In this document: one piece after another, positions 56,097-64,000 of the stretch
Layout of the letters: every line of letters begins with the position of its first letter
How positions within the stretch are numbered: the first letter of the stretch is position 1
NCBI GenBank assembly: GCA_964057225.1
Contig: OZ059896.1
Location: forward strand, 21,514,001 to 21,578,000
Length of the DNA stretch: 64,000 nucleotides
Source: Auanema rhodensis
Lineage: Eukaryota > Animalia > Nematoda
Reading direction: 5' to 3'
Made by a program: the position numbers and the translations under genes
The notes under the pieces: model-generated
Seen by the model: the letters and a program-made list of their open reading frames with translations, nothing else
What the model was told of the DNA's origin: nothing
Databases searched by the model: none

Positions 56097-59000
56097 ACAG
56101 ATCGACGCAGCTTAAAAATCCGCATCGAATGCACTATACTACATTGAGAAACGCTTAATACAAAAGTTAGTTATGATCGTTTGAAAAATGATGCCTTAGT
56201 GTATGTTGAGTTTCCATGTACACTCAATATTGCTTCCAAAAACATTTTGACAAAAATTTTTTCGATAAATTTCAAAATAGTTTAGCAAAGAGTAGATGTT
56301 TTTAGATTCCTTTTTTTAAGGCAAAGACGATGGACAATGTTATTCAACGAAAAAATTAATTCTTCAGGGTGAAAATCGAGGATATAAGTGTGAACTTATA
56401 TCAGTTGATATCTCGGTGCATTTTTAAGCTAGCGCAAATCTGATAACACAGATCGACGCAGCTTAAAAATCCGCATCGAATGCACTATACTACATTGAGA
56501 AACGCTTAATACAAAAATTAGTTATGATCGTTTGAAAAATGATGCATTAGTGTATGTTGAGTTTCCATGTACACTCAACATTGCTTCCAAAAACATTTTG
56601 ACAAAAATTTTTTCGAAAAATTTCGAAATAATTTAGCAAAAAGTAGATGTTTTTAGATTCCTTTTTTCAAGGCAAAGACGATGGACAATGTTATTCAACG
56701 AAAAAATTAATTCTCCAGGGTGAAAATCGAGGATATAAGTGTGAACTTATATCAGTTGATATCTCGGTGCATTTTTAAGCTAGCGCAAATCTGATAACAC
56801 AGATCGACGCAGCTTAAAAATCCGCATCGAATGCACTATACCACATTGAGAAACGCTTGATACAAAAATTAGTTATGATCGTTTGAAAATTGATGCATTA
56901 GTGTATGTTGAGTTTCCATGTACACTCAACATTGCTTCCAAAAACATTTTGACAAAAATTTTTTCGAAAAATTTCAAAACAATTTAGCAAAAAGTAGATG
57001 TTTATAGATTCCTTTTTTGAAGGCAAAGACGATGGACAATGTTATTCAACGAAAAAATTAATTCTTCAGGGTGAAAATCGAGGATATAAGTGTGCACTTA
57101 TATCAGTTGATATCTTGGTGCATTTTTAAGCTAGCGCAAATCTGATAACACAGATCGACGCAGCTTAAAAATCCGCATCGAATGCACTATACTACATTGA
57201 GAAACGCTTAATACAAAAATTAGTTATGATCGTTTGAAAAATGATGCATTAGTGTATGTTGAGTTTCCATGTACACTCAACATTGCTTCCAAAAACATTT
57301 TGACAAAAATTTTTTCGAAAAATTTCAAAATAATTTAGCAAAAAGTAGATGTTTTTAGATTCCTTTTTTCAAGGCAAAGACGATGGACAATGTTATTCAA
57401 CGAAAAAATTAATTCTTCAGGGTGAAAATCGAGGATATAAGTGTGAACTTATATCAGTTGATATCTCGGTGCATTTTTAAGCTAGCGCAAATCTGATAAC
57501 ACAGATCGACGCAGCTTAAAAATCCGCATCGAATGCACTATACCACATTGAGAAACGCTTGATACAAAAATTAGTTATGATCGTTTGAAAATTGATGCAT
57601 TAGTGTATGTTGAGTTTCCATGTACACTCTACATTGCTTCCAAAAACATTTTGACAAAAATTTTTTCGAAAAATTTCAAAATAATTTAGCAAAAAGTAGA
57701 TGTTTTTAGATTCCTTTTTTCAAGGCAAAGACGATGGACAATGTTATTCAACGAAAAAATTAATTCTTCAGGGTGAAAATCGAGGATATAAGTGTGAACT
57801 TATATCAGTTGATATCTCGATGCATTTTTAAGCTAGCGCAAATCTGATAACACAGATCGACGCAGCTTAAAAATCCGCATCGAATGCACTATACCACATT
57901 GAGAAACGCTTAATACAAAAATTAGTTATGATCGTTTGAAAATTGATGCATTAGTGTATGTTGAGTTTCCATGTACACTCAACATTGCTTCCAAAAACAT
58001 TTTGACAACAATTTTTTCGAAAAATTTCAAAATAATTTAGCAAAAAGTAGAAGTTTTTAGATTCCTTTTTTCAAGGCAAAGACGATGGACAATGTTATTC
58101 AACGAAAAAATTAATTCTTCAGGGTGAAAATCGAGGATATAAGTGTGAACTTATATCAGTTGATATCTCGGTGCATTTTTAAGCTAGCGCAAATCTGATA
58201 ACACAGATCGACGCAGCTTAAAAATCCGCATCGAATGCACTATACCACATTGAGAAACGCTTAATACAAAAATTAGTTATGATCGTTTGAAAATTGATGC
58301 ATTAGTGTATGTTGAGTTTCCATGTACACTCAACATTGCTTCCAAAAACATTTTGACAAAAATTTTTTCGAAAAATTTCAAAACAATTTAGCAAAAAGTA
58401 GATGTTTATAGATTCCTTTTTTGAAGGCAAAGACGATGGACAATGTTATTCAACGAAAAAATTAATTCTTCAGGGTGAAAATCGAGGATATAAGTGTGCA
58501 CTTATATCAGTTGATATCTTGGTGCATTTTTAAGCTAGCGCAAATCTGATAACACAGATCGACGCAGCTTAAAAATCCGCATCGAATGCACTATACTACA
58601 TTGAGAAACGCTTAATACAAAAGTTAGTTATGATCGTTTGAAAAATGATGCCTTAGTGTATGTTGAGTTTCCATGTACACTCAACATTGCTTCCAAAAAC
58701 ATTTTGACAAAAATTTTTTCGATAAATTTCAAAATAATTTAGCAAAGAGTAGATGTTTTTAGATTCCTTTTTTTAAGGCAAAGACGATGGACAATGTTAT
58801 TCAACGAAAAAATTAATTCTTCAGGGTGAAAATCGAGGATATAAGTGTGAACTTATATCAGTTGATATCTCGGTGCATTTTTAAGCTAGCGCAAATCTGA
58901 TAACACAGATCGACGCAGCTTGAAAATCCGCATCGAATGCACTATACTACATTGAGAAACGCTTAATACAAAAATTAGTTATGATCGTTTGAAAATTGAT

Positions 59001-59957
59001 GCATTAGTGTATGTTGAGTTTCCATGTACACTCAACATTGCTTCCAAAAACATTTTGACAAAAATTTTTTCGAAAAATTTCAAAACAATTTAGCAAAAAG
59101 TAGATGTTTATAGATTCCTTTTTTGAAGGCAAAGACGATGGACAATGTTATTCAACGAAAAAATTAATTCTTCAGGGTGAAAATCGAGGATATAAGTGTG
59201 CACTTATATCAGTTGATATCTTGGTGCATTTTTAAGCTAGCGCAAATCTGATAACACAGATCGACGCAGCTTAAAAATCCGCATCGAATGCACTATACTA
59301 CATTGAGAAACGCTTAATACAAAAGTTAGTTATGATCGTTTGAAAAATGATGCCTTAGTGTATGTTGAGTTTCCATGTACACTCAACATTGCTTCCAAAA
59401 ACATTTTGACAAAAATTTTTTCGATAAATTTCAAAATAATTTAGCAAAGAGTAGATGTTTTTAGATTCCTTTTTTCAAGGCAAAGACGATGGACAATGTT
59501 ATTCAACGAAAAAATTAATTCTTCAGGGTGAAAATCGAGGATATAAGTGTGCACTTATATCAGTTGATATCTTGGTGCATTTTTAAGCTAGCGCAAATCT
59601 GATAACACAGATCGACGCAGCTTAAAAATCCGCATCGAATGCACTATACTACATTGAGAAACGCTTAATACAAAAATTAGTTATGATCGTTTGAAAAATG
59701 ATGCATTAGTGTATGTTGAGTTTCCATGTACACTCTACATTGCTTCCAAAAACATTTTGACAAAAATTTTTTCGAAAAATTTCAAAATAATTTAGCAAAA
59801 AGTAGATGTTTTTAGATTCCTTTTTTCAAGGCAAAGACGATGGACAATGTTATTCAACGAAAAAATTAATTCTTCAGGGTGAAAATCGAGGATATAAGTG
59901 TGAACTTATATCAGTTGATATCTCGATGCATTTTTAAGCTAGCGCAAATCTGATAAC

Positions 59958-60244
59958 ACAGATCGACGCAGCTTAAAAATCCGCATCGAATGCACTATAC
60001 CACATTGAGAAACGCTTAATACAAAAATTAGTTATGATCGTTTGAAAATTGATGCATTAGTGTATGTTTCAAAACAATTTAGCAAAAAGTAGATGTTTAT
60101 AGATTCCTTTTTTGAAGGCAAAGACGATGGACAATGTTATTCAACGAAAAAATTAATTCTTCAGGGTGAAAATCGAGGATATAAGTGTGCACTTATATCA
60201 GTTGATATCTTGGTGCATTTTTAAGCTAGCGCAAATCTGATAAC
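59958..60244. repeat. Second truncated 287-bp monomer with the identical 64-bp deletion, m172
   Basis: The same junction lies at 60068/60069, and the next monomer starts at 60245. Confidence 0.97.
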
Positions 60245-63200
60245 ACAGATCGACGCAGCTTAAAAATCCGCATCGAATGCACTATACTACATTGAGAAAC
60301 GCTTAATACAAAAGTTAGTTATGATCGTTTGAAAAATGATGCCTTAGTGTATGTTGAGTTTCCATGTACACTCAATATTGCTTCCAAAAACATTTTGACA
60401 AAAATTTTTTCGATAAATTTCAAAATAGTTTAGCAAAGAGTAGATGTTTTTAGATTCCTTTTTTTAAGGCAAAGACGATGGACAATGTTATTCAACGAAA
60501 AAATTAATTCTTCAGGGTGAAAATCGAGGATATAAGTGTGAACTTATATCAGTTGATATCTCGGTGCATTTTTAAGCTAGCGCAAATCTGATAACACAGA
60601 TCGACGCAGCTTAAAAATCCGCATCGAATGCACTATACTACATTGAGAAACGCTTAATACAAAAATTAGTTATGATCGTTTGAAAAATGATGCATTAGTG
60701 TATGTTGAGTTTCCATGTACACTCAACATTGCTTCCAAAAACATTTTGACAAAAATTTTTTCGAAAAATTTCGAAATAATTTAGCAAAAAGTAGATGTTT
60801 TTAGATTCCTTTTTTCAAGGCAAAGACGATGGACAATGTTATTCAACGAAAAAATTAATTCTTCAGGGTGAAAATCGAGGATATAAGTGTGAACTTATAT
60901 CAGTTGATATCTCGGTGCATTTTTAAGCTAGCGCAAATCTGATAACACAGATCGACGCAGCTTAAAAATCCGCATCGAATGCACTATACCACATTGAGAA
61001 ACGCTTGATACAAAAATTAGTTATGATCGTTTGAAAATTGATGCATTAGTGTATGTTGAGTTTCCATGTACACTCTACATTGCTTCCAAAAACATTTTGA
61101 CAAAAATTTTTTCGAAAAATTTCAAAATAATTTAGCAAAAAGTAGATGTTTTTAGATTCCTTTTTTCAAGGCAAAGACGATGGACAATGTTATTCAACGA
61201 AAAAATTAATTCTTCAGGGTGAAAATCGAGGATATAAGTGTGAACTTATATCAGTTGATATCTCGATGCATTTTTAAGCTAGCGCAAATCTGATAACACA
61301 GATCGACGCAGCTTAAAAATCCGCATCGAATGCACTATACCACATTGAGAAACGCTTAATACAAAAATTAGTTATGATCGTTTGAAAATTGATGCATTAG
61401 TGTATGTTGAGTTTCCATGTACACTCAACATTGCTTCCAAAAACATTTTGACAACAATTTTTTCGAAAAATTTCAAAATAATTTAGCAAAAAGTAGAAGT
61501 TTTTAGATTCCTTTTTTCAAGGCAAAGACGATGGACAATGTTATTCAACGAAAAAATTAATTCTTCAGGGTGAAAATCGAGGATATAAGTGTGAACTTAT
61601 ATCAGTTGATATCTCGGTGCATTTTTAAGCTAGCGCAAATCTGATAACACAGATCGACGCAGCTTAAAAATCCGCATCGAATGCACTATACCACATTGAG
61701 AAACGCTTAATACAAAAATTAGTTATGATCGTTTGAAAATTGATGCATTAGTGTATGTTGAGTTTCCATGTACACTCAACATTGCTTCCAAAAACATTTT
61801 GACAAAAATTTTTTCGAAAAATTTCAAAACAATTTAGCAAAAAGTAGATGTTTATAGATTCCTTTTTTGAAGGCAAAGACGATGGACAATGTTATTCAAC
61901 GAAAAAATTAATTCTTCAGGGTGAAAATCGAGGATATAAGTGTGCACTTATATCAGTTGATATCTTGGTGCATTTTTAAGCTAGCGCAAATCTGATAACA
62001 CAGATCGACGCAGCTTAAAAATCCGCATCGAATGCACTATACTACATTGAGAAACGCTTAATACAAAAGTTAGTTATGATCGTTTGAAAAATGATGCCTT
62101 AGTGTATGTTGAGTTTCCATGTACACTCAATATTGCTTCCAAAAACATTTTGACAAAAATTTTTTCGATAAATTTCAAAATAGTTTAGCAAAGAGTAGAT
62201 GTTTTTAGATTCCTTTTTTTAAGGCAAAGACGATGGACAATGTTATTCAACGAAAAAATTAATTCTTCAGGGTGAAAATCGAGGATATAAGTGTGAACTT
62301 ATATCAGTTGATATCTCGGTGCATTTTTAAGCTAGCGCAAATCTGATAACACAGATCGACGCAGCTTAAAAATCCGCATCGAATGCACTATACTACATTG
62401 AGAAACGCTTAATACAAAAATTAGTTATGATCGTTTGAAAAATGATGCATTAGTGTATGTTGAGTTTCCATGTACACTCAACATTGCTTCCAAAAACATT
62501 TTGACAAAAATTTTTTCGAAAAATTTCGAAATAATTTAGCAAAAAGTAGATGTTTTTAGATTCCTTTTTTCAAGGCAAAGACGATGGACAATGTTATTCA
62601 ACGAAAAAATTAATTCTTCAGGGTGAAAATCGAGGATATAAGTGTGAACTTATATCAGTTGATATCTCGGTGCATTTTTAAGCTAGCGCAAATCTGATAA
62701 CACAGATCGACGCAGCTTAAAAATCCGCATCGAATGCACTATACCACATTGAGAAACGCTTGATACAAAAATTAGTTATGATCGTTTGAAAATTGATGCA
62801 TTAGTGTATGTTGAGTTTCCATGTACACTCTACATTGCTTCCAAAAACATTTTGACAAAAATTTTTTCGAAAAATTTCAAAATAATTTAGCAAAAAGTAG
62901 ATGTTTTTAGATTCCTTTTTTCAAGGCAAAGACGATGGACAATGTTATTCAACGAAAAAATTAATTCTTCAGGGTGAAAATCGAGGATATAAGTGTGAAC
63001 TTATATCAGTTGATATCTCGATGCATTTTTAAGCTAGCGCAAATCTGATAACACAGATCGACGCAGCTTAAAAATCCGCATCGAATGCACTATACCACAT
63101 TGAGAAACGCTTAATACAAAAATTAGTTATGATCGTTTGAAAATTGATGCATTAGTGTATGTTGAGTTTCCATGTACACTCAACATTGCTTCCAAAAACA

Positions 63201-64000
63201 TTTTGACAACAATTTTTTCGAAAAATTTCAAAATAATTTAGCAAAAAGTAGAAGTTTTTAGATTCCTTTTTTCAAGGCAAAGACGATGGACAATGTTATT
63301 CAACGAAAAAATTAATTCTTCAGGGTGAAAATCGAGGATATAAGTGTGAACTTATATCAGTTGATATCTCGGTGCATTTTTAAGCTAGCGCAAATCTGAT
63401 AACACAGATCGACGCAGCTTAAAAATCCGCATCGAATGCACTATACCACATTGAGAAACGCTTAATACAAAAATTAGTTATGATCGTTTGAAAATTGATG
63501 CATTAGTGTATGTTGAGTTTCCATGTACACTCAACATTGCTTCCAAAAACATTTTGACAAAAATTTTTTCGAAAAATTTCAAAACAATTTAGCAAAAAGT
63601 AGATGTTTATAGATTCCTTTTTTGAAGGCAAAGACGATGGACAATGTTATTCAACGAAAAAATTAATTCTTCAGGGTGAAAATCGAGGATATAAGTGTGC
63701 ACTTATATCAGTTGATATCTTGGTGCATTTTTAAGCTAGCGCAAATCTGATAACACAGATCGACGCAGCTTAAAAATCCGCATCGAATGCACTATACTAC
63801 ATTGAGAAACGCTTAATACAAAAGTTAGTTATGATCGTTTGAAAAATGATGCCTTAGTGTATGTTGAGTTTCCATGTACACTCAACATTGCTTCCAAAAA
63901 CATTTTGACAAAAATTTTTTCGATAAATTTCAAAATAATTTAGCAAAGAGTAGATGTTTTTAGATTCCTTTTTTTAAGGCAAAGACGATGGACAATGTTA
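59958..64000. repeat. Pentameric HOR X-Y-P-Q-R (1755 bp), ~2.3 copies to the window end
   Basis: X = 182C/206A/221G/297C/318T, Y = 70G/99C/170T/194G/221T, P = 178G here, Q = 61G/130T/320A, R = 158C/201A. X monomers start at 59958 (deleted form), 61649 and 63404. Confidence 0.85.

Larger units (their letters stand above)
1..64000. repeat. Tandem satellite DNA array, 351-bp monomer, ~182.7 head-to-tail copies, open at both window ends
   Basis: ACAGATCGACGCAGCTT recurs at 1, 352, 703 and so on, and is exactly in register at 7021, 14041, 21061, 28081, 35101, 42121 and 49141 (every 20x351). The register shifts by -64 after 55920 and again after 60068. Copies differ by only a few substitutions, with no intervening unique sequence. 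Confidence 0.99.

Noticed and set aside
1-64000. CRISPR-like array (palindromic repeats at regular spacing)
   Set aside because: The sequence between palindromes is as conserved as the palindromes themselves. There are no unique spacers and no cas genes.

Overview
The whole 64 kb window is one uninterrupted head-to-tail tandem array of an AT-rich (~31% GC by hand count) 351-bp satellite monomer. It holds 182 complete monomers plus a 246-bp partial copy, all in the same orientation. I found no genes, RNA genes, CRISPR spacers or mobile-element insertions. The single ORF in the track arises from a chance stop-codon loss in one monomer. Monomers differ only by a few substitutions, apart from an identical 64-bp deletion in two monomers (m160 and m172, 4148 bp apart). 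Shared diagnostic substitutions show local higher-order repeat (HOR) or segmental-duplication structure whose period changes along the array (2-, 3-, 5-, 6-, 7-, 12-, 16- and 21-mers), plus mosaic monomers. Each monomer carries four dyad symmetries, the largest a ~67-bp imperfect inverted repeat. The picture fits an actively homogenising eukaryotic (peri)centromeric or heterochromatic satellite, probably from a lineage with little CpG methylation. I could not assign it to a named family, and I see no evidence of a novel gene-based system. Monomers are numbered m1, m2, ... from base 1 (mN starts at 1+351*(N-1) up to m160), and 'pos' means position within the monomer. All variant calls were made by eye.
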